Positions 1-9,700 of a stretch of 64,000 nt of DNA are shown here, one piece after another. Position 1 is the first letter of the stretch. Each line of letters begins with the position of its first letter. A program made the position numbers and the translations under genes. A model generated the notes under the pieces. The model was not told the DNA's origin. It saw nothing but the letters and a program-made list of their open reading frames with translations, and did not search any database. Source of the stretch: an uncultured Chloroflexia bacterium (GTDB lineage Bacteria; Chloroflexota; Anaerolineae; Anaerolineales; UBA4823); contig CAWEKR010000005.1 in assembly GCA_963809615.1 (NCBI GenBank), forward strand, positions 55,865 to 119,864, given 5' to 3'.

Positions 1-80
1 TTTGGATCGTGATCCTTACCAGCCTGTTGGGGATGCTGGCGACGTACCTGTGGTGGAAGTATGCCGACCAGAACCGGTAG
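1..80 (+). CDS. 3' end of a membrane protein gene that starts upstream of the window
   Basis: Reading from position 3 gives WIVILTSLLGMLATYLWWKYADQNR, ending at TAG 78-80. The tail is hydrophobic and TM-like. A REP hairpin follows at 94-114. Confidence 0.35.
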   Translation, partial: WIVILTSLLGMLATYLWWKYADQNR

Positions 81-93
81 GCAGAGCCAGAAC

Positions 94-120
94 AGACGCC
101 CCGGTGGGACGTCTCTACAA
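94..120. repeat. REP-like palindromic element, copy 1
   Basis: AGACGCCCCGGTGGGACGTCT forms a hairpin with one mismatch and is followed by the CTACAA tail. The core is identical to the copy at 3086-3106. Confidence 0.8.
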
Positions 121-289
121 ATTCAACCCCACACTTGACAATTTTATTTTATAATATAGTTCATCTGAATAGTCCGATTATCGTTTTATCATCGGACACA
201 CAATCAACGATCCACTGGCTCATGAGGAGGAAAATCAAATAAGTCCTAACCTACGTGATGACCGCATCTTTCCAATCACCCGCATCGTC

Positions 290-1096
290 TTGGCAGCCGT
301 AGACCTGGTGCTGGTGACGGCATTCCTGATCCTTTATCTCTTCCCACAGACCACCCGGACGAGCTTCGCCTGGGAGATCAAACCCCAGCTCATGGCGGTG
401 TTCATGGGCGCAGGGTACCTATCGGGTGCCTACATGTTCCTATTCGCCATATTCGGCCGGCTGTGGCACCGGGTGCAGATCAGCCTGCTGCCCGTCACCG
501 CCTTTGCCGCCAGCATGCTGCTGGTGACGCTGCTGCATTACGACCGGTTCATCCACTCCAACTTCGCATTCATGGCGTGGCTGGTGATCTACATCATCAC
601 CCCATTTTTAGTCCCCTGGCTGTGGTACCACAACCGTGTGAGCGATCCCGGCACGCTGGAGACTCACGATAGGGAAGTGCCGCGAATGGTCAGGCAGATC
701 GCCGGCGTGATTGGCATCCTCACCCTGCTGTTCTGGCTGGTGAGCTTCATCAACCCGCCCTGGCTGATCGCCATCTGGCCGTGGAAGTTGACCCCTCTCA
801 CCGCCCGGACGATCTGCGCCTGGGGTGCTCTCACTGCAGTGGACGGTATCGTGTTATACGGCGAAAAGCGCTGGAGTGCCTGGCGGTATAACATGCAGGC
901 GATTATCCTGGGGCAGGTGCTGATGGTGATCGGCAGCATCGTGCACCGCCAGGATTTCAACAATGGCAGCTTGATGAACCCTTATTTCATCGCCATCGTC
1001 TTGATGCTGGTGTCGGTAACCGCCCTATCCGTGTGGATGGAAATGAGCCTCTCGGCGAGGTCCGAGGTACCGGCAGCGGTCAAGCAGACCGAATGA
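290..1096 (+). CDS. polytopic membrane protein, family not recognised
   Basis: 807-nt ORF. TTG 290 is the first start codon after the in-frame stop at 239-241, so the start is uncertain. The translation is dominated by hydrophobic helices. Confidence 0.6.
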   Translation: MAAVDLVLVTAFLILYLFPQTTRTSFAWEIKPQLMAVFMGAGYLSGAYMFLFAIFGRLWHRVQISLLPVTAFAASMLLVTLLHYDRFIHSNFAFMAWLVIYIITPFLVPWLWYHNRVSDPGTLETHDREVPRMVRQIAGVIGILTLLFWLVSFINPPWLIAIWPWKLTPLTARTICAWGALTAVDGIVLYGEKRWSAWRYNMQAIILGQVLMVIGSIVHRQDFNNGSLMNPYFIAIVLMLVSVTALSVWMEMSLSARSEVPAAVKQTE

Positions 1097-1130
1097 CGGC
1101 AGAGGCAGCATAGGAAAATAAACCCCAACT

Positions 1131-1159
1131 GTAGAGACGCCCCGGCGGGGCGTCTCTAC
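1131..1159. repeat. REP-like palindromic element, copy 2 (perfect); probable terminator between convergent genes
   Basis: GTAGAGACGCCCC-GGC-GGGGCGTCTCTAC has a perfect 13-bp stem and a 3-nt loop. It lies between the stops at 1096 (+) and 1196 (-). Confidence 0.85.
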
Positions 1160-1195
1160 AAAACAACCATTGCCAGATGATTTGAGGTGAATTGA

Positions 1196-1579
1196 TTACG
1201 AACCCGGCGGCTGCCACAGCTCCACCTTGTTTCCGTCAGGGTCGAGGAACCAGCCGAAGCGGCCGTATTCGCTCTTCTCGATATCTCCCACCGGCTGGGC
1301 GCCGCCTTCCGTCACCTGACGCAGAGCCTCATCCAGGTTGTCCACCACCAGGTTGAACATGAACTCCTTGTCTGAGGGTGAGAAGTAGCAGGTGGTGGCG
1401 CTGAACGCGCTCCACACCGTGTAGCCATTTTTGGGCATTGTGCCCGGGCGGAACGGGACGAACGACATGCCCGACTTTGATTCGATGTTGAAGCCCAGCC
1501 ACTGTGAATACCACTGGCACAGCTTCTGAGGGTCGGGTGATTTGAAAAAGATACCCCCAATACCAAGGACTTTCGCCAT
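1196..1579 (-). CDS. VOC / glyoxalase-bleomycin resistance fold protein
   Basis: GGAGG lies 9 nt upstream of the ATG. MAKVLGIGGIFFKS...GRFGWFLDPDGNKVELWQP resembles VOC-family proteins. Confidence 0.85.
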   Translation of the reverse strand: MAKVLGIGGIFFKSPDPQKLCQWYSQWLGFNIESKSGMSFVPFRPGTMPKNGYTVWSAFSATTCYFSPSDKEFMFNLVVDNLDEALRQVTEGGAQPVGDIEKSEYGRFGWFLDPDGNKVELWQPPGS

Positions 1580-1660
1580 CGTTTAAATCCTCCTATGTGT
1601 GCAATACAAAACTCCCCCACAAGTTATGCCCCTGGAATTCCATCTTGTTTGAGCCGGCAG

Positions 1661-2395
1661 CTACAGGCAGGTGATTCCCACGGCGCCGAACCCCGAAACC
1701 AGCGCATCCACCGTCGGTGTGAAATACTCGTCAGTCAGGTACGCTTCCAATCCATATTGCCGGTAGACCTTATCGGCATAGTGGTAGTTCATCCGGTCGA
1801 GGCGCACATAATCCACTTTATCCGCCAGCATCGTGGCGAGGGTCTCGGCATGCGGAAGGATGGGGGCGATCATGGCGTAGGTGCGGATGCCCGCCTGGTG
1901 CAGCTCGCCCAGTGCCCTCACCCGTTCGTTGATGGAGGGGGCGTTGGGCTCGAACAGCTTGCGGATGGCATCGTCTGCGGTGGTGATGCTGAGCCCGACC
2001 TCGAAATGCTTGCCCGTTTTCAACACGTCAAGGTCGCGCAAGCACATCGGCGAGCGGGTCTGGACGGTCACTGGCCAGTCATGTTCAGCCAGGATCTGCA
2101 GGCATTGGCGGGTGAGCTTATATTTGCCCTCCAGCGGCTGGTAGGGGTCGCACACCCCGCTGACCCACACCCGGTCAGGTCTTTTGCGGGTGATCTCGCG
2201 CTGCAACAGCTCGGGGGCGTTGAGCTTAACATCGACGAACTGCCCCCAGGGTTCCTTGTGCCCGGTGAAGCGCTTCATGAAGTGGGCGTAGCAGTACACA
2301 CAGTTATGCTGGCAGCCCACGTAAGGGTTGATCACGTAGGGGTAAACCTTGGAGGCGGAGAGGATGGTCTTGGACTGGATTTCCTGGATGATCAT
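1661..2395 (-). CDS. radical SAM protein, SplB/COG1533-like
   Basis: N-terminal CxxxCxxC cluster motif (GCQHNCVYCYA). The 244-aa length and overall pattern fit the spore-photoproduct-lyase-related radical SAM family. Confidence 0.8.
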   Translation of the reverse strand: MIIQEIQSKTILSASKVYPYVINPYVGCQHNCVYCYAHFMKRFTGHKEPWGQFVDVKLNAPELLQREITRKRPDRVWVSGVCDPYQPLEGKYKLTRQCLQILAEHDWPVTVQTRSPMCLRDLDVLKTGKHFEVGLSITTADDAIRKLFEPNAPSINERVRALGELHQAGIRTYAMIAPILPHAETLATMLADKVDYVRLDRMNYHYADKVYRQYGLEAYLTDEYFTPTVDALVSGFGAVGITCL

Positions 2396-2435
2396 GTGGT
2401 TATTAGCACCATGTGGGATTCATCTTGTACGTCGC

Positions 2436-2467
2436 TAGTGACGCCCCGGCGGGAGCGCCTGCACAAC
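2436..2467. repeat. REP-like element, copy 3 (degenerate)
   Basis: TAGTGACGCCCCGGCGGGAGCGCCTGCACAAC shares the ACGCCCCGGCGGG core and the ACAA tail with the other copies. Confidence 0.6.
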
Positions 2468-2560
2468 AAAAAATTGTTGGGTTTCAGCCGGAATAGCACC
2501 GCCTATCGCTCGTAAAAAACACGACGATACTTGCTCAACCACAACCTACAATAAAAAGAT

Positions 2561-3043
2561 TTATGGAGGCGACCACTTCCAAACACCCAGGTTAGACAGG
2601 GTCCAATACGCCTCGGTGAGGATGCGGTAGTGGTTGTGCTCTTCCTCGGCGAGGCGCCTGAACATGGCATGACCCTCCGGGTCACTGATCCGGTCAGCCA
2701 GGTCGGCATAGGTTCTTTCGGTCTTGCGCTCCAGGTCAATCGCATCGGTGACAAAACTGATGGCGCTCTTGCGCTCAGCTTCCTGGGCGGTTTTTACCTC
2801 AAATACCGGCGGAAGGGGAAAGTCTTTCCCTTCATAAGAAATGAAATTGCCTTTTTCAATCAATGAAATCTCCAGCGCGCTGACCCTGGCGAAATGGAAT
2901 TTCTCGAACTCGCTCAGCTGCTCGAATAGCTGCTTGCCCAATGGGTTGGATATATTTTTAGCGTTGCTGGCGTAAGTCTCTGAGGCGATCCTTTCATTCT
3001 CTTTGACGACCCTGATCGCATCCAATATCGTTGTTGTGCTCAT
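2561..3043 (-). CDS. ferritin-like / rubrerythrin-family diiron protein (no rubredoxin domain)
   Basis: I trimmed the track ORF 2561-3238 to the ATG at 3041-3043, which has GGAGG upstream. The longer form would overlap the hydrolase gene. Two E...ExxH pairs are present (ERIASETY/EFEKFH and ERKTERTY/EEEHNH). Confidence 0.8.
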   Translation of the reverse strand: MSTTTILDAIRVVKENERIASETYASNAKNISNPLGKQLFEQLSEFEKFHFARVSALEISLIEKGNFISYEGKDFPLPPVFEVKTAQEAERKSAISFVTDAIDLERKTERTYADLADRISDPEGHAMFRRLAEEEHNHYRILTEAYWTLSNLGVWKWSPP

Positions 3044-3082
3044 CCGCGCCTCCGTGTATCGATATGAACCAATTATAGCTGC

Positions 3083-3112
3083 TGTAGACGCCCCGGTGGG
3101 ACGTCTTAACAA
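3083..3112. repeat. REP-like element, copy 4
   Basis: TGTAGACGCCCCGGTGGGACGTCTTAACAA lies between the rubrerythrin-like start and the hydrolase stop. Confidence 0.8.
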
Positions 3113-3122
3113 TGACAATATT

Positions 3123-3968
3123 TCAGGCGGGGTACATCTCTCCCAGGAACTGCTTGACCGCCGGCAGATAACCGTCGAAACGGGTGCGGCGGATGTCATG
3201 GCTGGCGCCTGCCAGATGTACCACCCGCACCTTATCATTCAACCGTGCCGCTTCCTGCGCCGCCTCCTGCGAGACGATAGACATCTTCTCACGGTCGCCG
3301 ATGATCAACAGGGTGGGGACGGTGATCTTCTTGAACACTGCGAAGGGGTCAGCCATTTGGATCTGCATGCTTGCCATTGAGCCCAGGAAGTCAAAACTCA
3401 CCCGCTTTTTAGAGTCGACCCAGGGTTGGATCTCGTCTTCCGGGTAGGTGGGGGAAGCTTTGCGTGCCATGCGCACTCCGATGAACTTCGGCATCAGCTT
3501 GAACATGCGCATGAATTTAGCCATCATCTTGCCGATATCCTCACTCTTGAAGGTCTGCGTGCCATCGCCGAAGGTTTCACCTGGCAGGATGATCGGCGGG
3601 TCTTCCAGGAAGATGCCGCGGGTAAGGTCAGGGTAAGAGGCTGCCAGGTTCATCGAGGTGTCGGCGCCCAATGAATGCCCACCCACCACAGGCGCGTCCA
3701 GCTTGAGCGCCCGGATCAGCCCCGCCATGTCTTCCACCCGCTGCTGGGAGGAGTAATCCTTGTTCCCGGTGGACGATTTGCCGTGACCGCGCCCATCTGG
3801 CATGATCACGTCATACTCCTGTTCGAGCTGCCTCGCCACGTGGGTAAAGCACAACCCGTCATCCCCCGCCCCATGGTTGAACACCACCGGCGGTTTGCTC
3901 CCCCCGGTGCGGTAGTAGTGGATCTTGAGGTTATTGGTGGTCACGTAGCCGCCGGACCAGTCAGGCAT
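3123..3968 (-). CDS. alpha/beta-fold hydrolase
   Basis: GHSLG nucleophile elbow, an HGAGDD region near the N-terminus, and a C-terminal GASHD histidine. GGAG lies upstream of the ATG. Confidence 0.85.
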   Translation of the reverse strand: MPDWSGGYVTTNNLKIHYYRTGGSKPPVVFNHGAGDDGLCFTHVARQLEQEYDVIMPDGRGHGKSSTGNKDYSSQQRVEDMAGLIRALKLDAPVVGGHSLGADTSMNLAASYPDLTRGIFLEDPPIILPGETFGDGTQTFKSEDIGKMMAKFMRMFKLMPKFIGVRMARKASPTYPEDEIQPWVDSKKRVSFDFLGSMASMQIQMADPFAVFKKITVPTLLIIGDREKMSIVSQEAAQEAARLNDKVRVVHLAGASHDIRRTRFDGYLPAVKQFLGEMYPA

Positions 3969-4158
3969 GGCATGCTCCTCTCATCGTTCAATATGCCTTA
4001 TTTTACCCGACGGAAGGAGAAGATTGCCAGCGAGCCAGTACTGAGATTTATTGCCCATATAGAGCCAGCCCACCCAGGTATTTGACCTTTGAACTTCAAG
4101 GGAATATAATCCACCTATCGTCACTATCCATTATCGCGATCAATAAGGAGGAGATATT

Positions 4159-4794
4159 ATGACTGTTCCACTAGATGCAATCATGGCAATTCATAATGCT
4201 TTCCGCAAGGATATGAGTATCATTGACACTGCCGCTCTCGGTGTTGGGCGCGGCGAGCGAGGGTTCGAGCCGACCCTCGCCCGCTATCGCTTCTTCAACG
4301 AAATCCTGGTTTGGCACGCCCATGGGGAAGAGTTAGCCATCTTCCCAGCGGTTGAAGCCGTTGCGCCTTCGGTCGCCGAGGCCTACGAGCGAGACCACCG
4401 GGGGCTGGATGCCGCCTACGATGCCATGGACAACGCCGTCTCAGCCAACGACACCTTGGAGATAGCCCGTGCAAGCGCAGCCTTCAAATTCCACCTTGAT
4501 ATCCACCTCGCCAAGGAAGACGCCCACCTGTATCGCCTGGTGCGGGAGCGCATTTCGATACCCGAACAGGGCAAGGCAATGGGTATCATGTCGAGCACCG
4601 TGCCGCAAGACCGCTTCCCCGACGTGGTCGCCTGGCTGTACCCCTTGATCGGCGCCGACGACCGCGAGAATATGACCCGCATCTGGCAAACGGTATTGCC
4701 GCCTCCCATGTTCGCCCAGGTCAGCCAGCTCATCCACAAGGCAGTCGGTGACGACTGGGCCGAGCTGGTCAGGCGCATCCCCACCTTGCAGTAA
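4159..4794 (+). CDS. hemerythrin (HHE cation-binding) domain protein
   Basis: AAGGAGGA lies upstream of the ATG. His/Glu motifs IHNAFRKD, WHAHGEEL and HLDIHLAKEDAHLY are typical of hemerythrin-like domains. Confidence 0.8.
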   Translation: MTVPLDAIMAIHNAFRKDMSIIDTAALGVGRGERGFEPTLARYRFFNEILVWHAHGEELAIFPAVEAVAPSVAEAYERDHRGLDAAYDAMDNAVSANDTLEIARASAAFKFHLDIHLAKEDAHLYRLVRERISIPEQGKAMGIMSSTVPQDRFPDVVAWLYPLIGADDRENMTRIWQTVLPPPMFAQVSQLIHKAVGDDWAELVRRIPTLQ

Positions 4795-4796
4795 TA

Positions 4797-4830
4797 AGAG
4801 ACGCTCCGTCGAGGCGCCTCTGTCCTCTAC
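4797..4830. repeat. REP-like element, copy 5 (variant core); probable terminator of the hemerythrin gene
   Basis: AGAGACGCTCCGTCGAGGCGCCTCT forms an imperfect hairpin immediately after the stop and is followed by GTCCTCTACA. Confidence 0.65.
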
Positions 4831-4845
4831 ACCGCCAAAACAGGC

Positions 4846-4873
4846 TTGACGAAAGCTTAAATCGATGTATAGT
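4846..4873 (+). promoter_or_regulatory. candidate sigma-70-type promoter
   Basis: TTGACG (4846-4851), a 16-nt spacer, then TATAGT (4868-4873), upstream of the membrane protein gene at 5034. Confidence 0.4.
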
Positions 4874-5033
4874 AATAGAGTCAAATGTCTACGCGGCTCT
4901 AAACCGCAGTAAACAACCAATCCAGGCAGCCCAAGACCTTTGAAGCGCAGGTGCATTATCTAAACCAGCCTGCCGGTCAATGGCTGCACCGGGCAATCAA
5001 TCATCAAGCATCCATATGACTGGAAGGTGCAGG

Positions 5034-6617
5034 ATGAAGAAACACCCGAATCTGGTGTGGATCGTGGCACTCGTGTTGGGGTGGGGGTTCGATGCCCTTT
5101 TTTGGGGTAAGCCGCTGGGGATCAACTTTGCCATTTATTTAACCGCCTGCCTGCTGGGTGGATCACTCGTGCTGCTCGCGAATGGTCTAAAACCATCCTT
5201 CAAAAGCTTGTGGCTGGTAGTGCCCTTCGTGTTCTTTGCCACCCTCACCTTCGTGCGCCAGGAACCTCTAACGAGGATCCTGAGCATTATAGGTGCGTTG
5301 GTCTGTCTGGGTCTGCTGACGGTCACCTACTTGGGCGGGAGCTGGACCCGCTACAGCCTGGTCGACTATTTCAAGAAATTCGCATCCCTAATTGCCGGCC
5401 TAATCACCCTACCGATCGCATACTTCAGGGAGACAAGGGTAGATACTTCCTGGATCCGCCGATTTCCACTCAAGCCGGTGATAAGGGGAGTGCTGATCGC
5501 CCTGCCGGTGCTGGTATGTTTCACGACACTACTGGCAACCGGTGACCTGGTATTCCAACAGAAAATCTACCACTTCATCACCAGCTTTCCCCACATACGC
5601 ATCCCCGAGGCGGTCCTGCGGCTGATCATCATCCTGTTCGTGGCATATATTTTGGTAGGGATCTTCCTATATGCGGCATTAAAAAGCAGTGACGAGTCAC
5701 TGTCGGAAGAAGCCGTTCCGACCGTGAAACGCAGGCTGGGTTTTATCGAGGCGGCTATCGTCATGGGGAGTGTCAGCTTGCTGTTCCTCATTTTCGTAAT
5801 TTTCCAATTCCGCTATTTCTTTGGCGGCGAAGTGAACATTGGGCTGCAAGGCTACACATATTCAGAGTATGCCCGCAGCGGTTTCAGCGAGCTGATTGCC
5901 GTCGCTGTTTTTAGCCTGCTGATGATCCTCGGATTGGGCACGCTAACGATACGTGAACATAACTGGCAGCAGCGCATCTATTCCGGGTTAAGCGTCATTA
6001 TTGCTCTGCTGGTGTTCGTCATACTGATCTCAGCGTATCAGCGCCTGATGCTGGCCATCGATTGGCATGGGTTTTCGCGCTTACGTCTGTATCCCAGCGT
6101 GTTCCTCATCTGGGTGGGCATCCTGTTCGTGGCAGTGATCGTGCTCGAGATCATGCATCGTGAGCGTCACTTTGCATTAGCGGCGCTGCTGGCATCGCTC
6201 GGGTTCGCCGTCTCGATGTGTGTATTGAACGTAGATGCTTCGATCGCAAGGCATAACGTTTACCGTACCATCGGCGGCAAACACCTTAATGTGAACTACC
6301 TGACGAGCCTATCAGCAGATGCGCTGCCTAGGCTATCCGCTGCCTTCATGGACTCCAGCTTACCTGCGGCGACACACGACAAAGTAGGCGCAGCCCTGGT
6401 GTGTTACCTCCAGTCAGAGATGTATACTGGATATTCTTCCACTGACTGGCGTTCATTCAATTACTCGCGATGGGCAGCGGTTAATACGCTGAATAAAGTC
6501 GGACCACAACTACAAGATTACCGTGTGAGTAAATACGAGGGCCACTACATGGTGGAAACGCCCGACCATAAGCTCCTATTCCAGTGCGACCAAACCATCC
6601 CGGATGGTTCCCCATAG
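5034..6617 (+). CDS. large polytopic membrane protein, possibly DUF4153/DUF4173-type
   Basis: I chose ATG 5034 (MKKHPNLVW, GGAAGG upstream) over the track start at 4980. The protein has more than 10 hydrophobic helices followed by a soluble C-terminal tail. The family assignment is from memory only. Confidence 0.6.
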   Translation: MKKHPNLVWIVALVLGWGFDALFWGKPLGINFAIYLTACLLGGSLVLLANGLKPSFKSLWLVVPFVFFATLTFVRQEPLTRILSIIGALVCLGLLTVTYLGGSWTRYSLVDYFKKFASLIAGLITLPIAYFRETRVDTSWIRRFPLKPVIRGVLIALPVLVCFTTLLATGDLVFQQKIYHFITSFPHIRIPEAVLRLIIILFVAYILVGIFLYAALKSSDESLSEEAVPTVKRRLGFIEAAIVMGSVSLLFLIFVIFQFRYFFGGEVNIGLQGYTYSEYARSGFSELIAVAVFSLLMILGLGTLTIREHNWQQRIYSGLSVIIALLVFVILISAYQRLMLAIDWHGFSRLRLYPSVFLIWVGILFVAVIVLEIMHRERHFALAALLASLGFAVSMCVLNVDASIARHNVYRTIGGKHLNVNYLTSLSADALPRLSAAFMDSSLPAATHDKVGAALVCYLQSEMYTGYSSTDWRSFNYSRWAAVNTLNKVGPQLQDYRVSKYEGHYMVETPDHKLLFQCDQTIPDGSP

Positions 6618-6622
6618 TTAGG

Positions 6623-6650
6623 GGCCGTCCCAGTGGGATGTCTCTACAGG
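6623..6650. repeat. REP-like element, copy 6 (degenerate)
   Basis: GGCCGTCCCAGTGGGATGTCTCTACAGG retains the right arm and tail and a short CGTCCC/GGGATG stem. Confidence 0.6.
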
Positions 6651-6661
6651 ACACATTATTA

Positions 6662-6719
6662 AACCAAAACGGGGCTGGTTTCCATGCCCTCCACTGTATG
6701 TGGAGGGGGTCAGCCCCGT
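6662..6719 (-). terminator. compound hairpin terminator downstream of rpoC
   Basis: Outer stem ACGGGGCTG/CAGCCCCGT (6669-6677 with 6711-6719) encloses inner stem CCCTCCAC/GTGGAGGG (6687-6707). On the minus strand it is followed by TTTTGGTTT. Confidence 0.6.
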
Positions 6720-6742
6720 CAGAGGGTCTTTACAAGTAGAAG

Positions 6743-9700
6743 TTAATCCACCGAGAAGTTGTCGTCGGCAGCGATGTCATCTGCCAGAGCAAAATCTTCC
6801 GTGGCATAGTCGTCTTCAAATTCACCTTCGGTGCGGTCATGGGCAGTGCTTTCGCCGTTGACCGTCTCGACAAAGCGACCGTGCACGAAACCGGTACCAG
6901 CCGGGATGAGCTTGCCAATGATCACGTTCTCCTTCAAGCCGTAGAGCGGATCTTCAGAGGCGGCGATGGCAGCTCCGGCCAATACCTTGATGGTGTGCTG
7001 GAACGACGAAGCCGAGAGGAACGAATCGGTGGAGAGGGAAGCTTTAGTGATGCCAAGCAGGGTCTCCAGGAAGCGAGCCGGGCGTTTGCCCTGCGAGAGC
7101 AGCTCTTCGTTGACGCGCTTGAGTTCGAGCAGGTCCACCAGGTCACCGGGGAGATAGTTCGTATCGCCCGGACGGGTGATCTGCACCCTGGAGGTCATCT
7201 TGCGGATGATCACTTCGAAGTGCTTGTCGTTGATGTTCTGCCCTTGCGAGCGGTACACCTTCTGCACCTCGGTCAGCAGGTACATTTGGGAGACATATTT
7301 TCCTTGGATGCGCAGGATGCGGTGCGGGTTCAGCGAACCCTCGGTGATGGGTTGTCCTGGCTCCACGTGGTCACCCTCGTGAACCAGCAGGCGGGCGTTG
7401 GTGGGGAGCTCATGCTCAGCTTCCTGGTGCACCTCATAGGAGACGATGACCTTGGTGCCGGCATCACTCTTTTCGAGGCGGGCGCGCCCGGTATGCTGGG
7501 CAACGATGGTTGCTGTGTCGAGGTAAGCGACTACATCTCCCTGGGCTACTTCAGTGGCATCTTCTACCGCCACCGTCCAGCTATCAGGGATGCTGAACTC
7601 ATCGCTCACCATCTCAGAATGCTCGATGCGCACCAGTCGCAGCTCCGAATACTTGTCCGATTGCATGATGTGAGCGGTTCCGGCGATCTCTGCCACCTTG
7701 GCCTCACCTTTCGGCATGCGGCGAGCCTCGAACAGCTCTTCCACGCGCGGCAAACCCGTAGTGATATCTCCACCGGCAGCCACACCACCGGTATGGAAGG
7801 TGCGCAGCGTGAGCTGCGTGCCAGGCTCACCGATGGACTGGGCGGCGACGATGCCTACCGCAGAACCCATCTCGACCATCTTGCCGCGGGCAAGGTCCAT
7901 GCCGTAGCATTGGGCGCAGATTCCGTGGTCAAGCTCACAGGTGAGTGGCGAACGGACAATAACTTCGGTGACGTCGGCGGAGGTGAGCTTCCGTACCAGG
8001 TCGCGGTCAAGTAGCTCACCGCGTTCAGCCAGCACTTCACCAGTCATAGGGTCGGTCACGTTCTGGGCGATGACACGCCCAAACAGGCGTACACTCAATG
8101 CCTGGTCAGCGACATCGTCAGCCTTGCGGATGGGGATGCCTTCCAGGGTGTTGCAGTCCAGCTCGTTGATGATCACGTCCTGGGCCACGTCCACCAGGCG
8201 GCGAGTAAGGTAACCGGCGTCTGCGGTGCGCAGGGCGGTATCTGCCAGACCCTTTCGGGCACCGTGGGTGGAGATGAAGTACTCCAGGGCGTTCAGACCT
8301 TCACGGAAGTTCGAGCGGATGGGGTGCGAGATAATGCGCCCCGATGGGTCAGCCATTAGACCACGCATACCGGCGAGCTGCGAAATGGGTCCGAAACCAC
8401 CCTTGGTGGCTCCAGACTCCGCCATGATCGCCAGGTTGCCGTGCGGGTCCATCGCGCGTTTGACGGCCTTGGCAACATCGATCGTAGTGCGCTGCCAGAT
8501 GTTGATCACTTTCTCGTCCTGCTCCTGGTCGGTGAGCAATCCGCGGCGGAAGTCACGCAGCACAAGCTCAACTTCCTTCAGCGATTCGTTGATGATGTCC
8601 TGCTTCTCAGGCGGGACGGTGATATCGGAGACAGCGATGCTGTAACCCGAGCGTGTGGCATAGGTAAAACCAATCTCCTTGATGCGGTCGGCCACTTCGG
8701 GGGTCTGGTCTTCACCGCCCACTTCGTACAGCTCGGCGATCAGGTCCTTCAACTCACCCTTGTCCAGCTTCCAATTGATGAACTGGATCTCGGGGGGCAG
8801 AATACGGTTAAAGATTACGCGCCCAACGGTCGTCTTTAGCAGGCGCACTTCGGCTTCCGGCATGCGATTGCGTTGATCGTCGTACCAGGTGGTCACCAAC
8901 ACGTTAATTTCAGAGTGGATATCAAGCTGACCCAAGTTGTAAGCCAGCTCGACTTCGTCAGCATCGGCAAAGTTGCGCCCTTCACCCTTATGCGGTATCG
9001 AGTCATCGGTGATGGTCAGGTAATAGACGCCTAAAACCATGTCCTTGGAGGGGCTGATAATGGGCTCTCCGTCGGCGGGTTTCAGCAAATTTCGGGAGGA
9101 GAGCATGAGCTCGCGGGCTTCGGTAACCGCTTTTTGAGAAAGCGGCACATGTACAGCCATTTGGTCGCCATCGAAGTCAGCGTTGAAAGCCGTGGTCACC
9201 AGCGGGTGCAGCTGAATAGCGGAACCTTCGATCAGGATGGGCTCAAAAGCCTGGATCCCCAGGCGGTGCAAGGTAGGGGCCCGGTTAAGCATGACTGGGC
9301 GCTCCTTGATGACCTCTTCGAGCACTTCCCAAACCTCGGGGCGATTGCGCTCGATGAAGCGCTTGGCACCCTTGACGTTGGCGGCATAGTTGTGAGATAC
9401 CAGGCGTGAGATAACGAACGGGCGATAGAGCTCGAGCGCCATGCCTTTTGGCAGGCCGCATTGGTAGAGCTTCAGCTGGGGTCCGACGACGATCACGGAA
9501 CGTCCGGAATAGTCCACACGCTTACCCAGCAGGTTGCGGCGGAAGCGGCCTTTCTTACCCTTGAGCATATCGCTTAGAGACTTAAGCTCGCGGCGCCCGC
9601 GGCGTGATAAAGCTTTGCCGCGCTGCGAATTATCAATGAGCGAGTCAACCGCTTCCTGGAGCATACGTTTCTCGTTGCGCACGATCACGTCAGGTGCACC

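Noticed and set aside
134-160. TTGACA at 134-139 as the promoter of the 290-1096 membrane gene.
   Set aside because: The spacing to any TATAAT-like hexamer in the following A/T run is only 9-14 nt, outside the functional range. I therefore do not report it as a feature.
1595-2515. 306-aa plus-strand ORF antisense to the radical SAM gene. Similar long antisense ORFs occur at 6839-8014, 38034-38639, 44080-44889, 4441-4956 and 54903-55019.
   Set aside because: They are shadow ORFs of a GC-rich sequence. Their translations are Arg/Gly/Ala/His-rich low-complexity sequence with no recognisable motifs. In every case the opposite strand carries a strongly supported gene with RBS and family signatures.
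2561-3238. Long forms of track ORFs: the 225-aa rubrerythrin-like ORF, 14625-15503 plsC, 39020-39613 greA, 4980-6617 membrane protein and 54903-56219 M23 peptidase.
   Set aside because: The N-terminal extensions overlap the neighbouring gene, look non-protein-like and lack an RBS. Internal ATGs with GGAGG-type sites, or with canonical family N-termini, were chosen instead.
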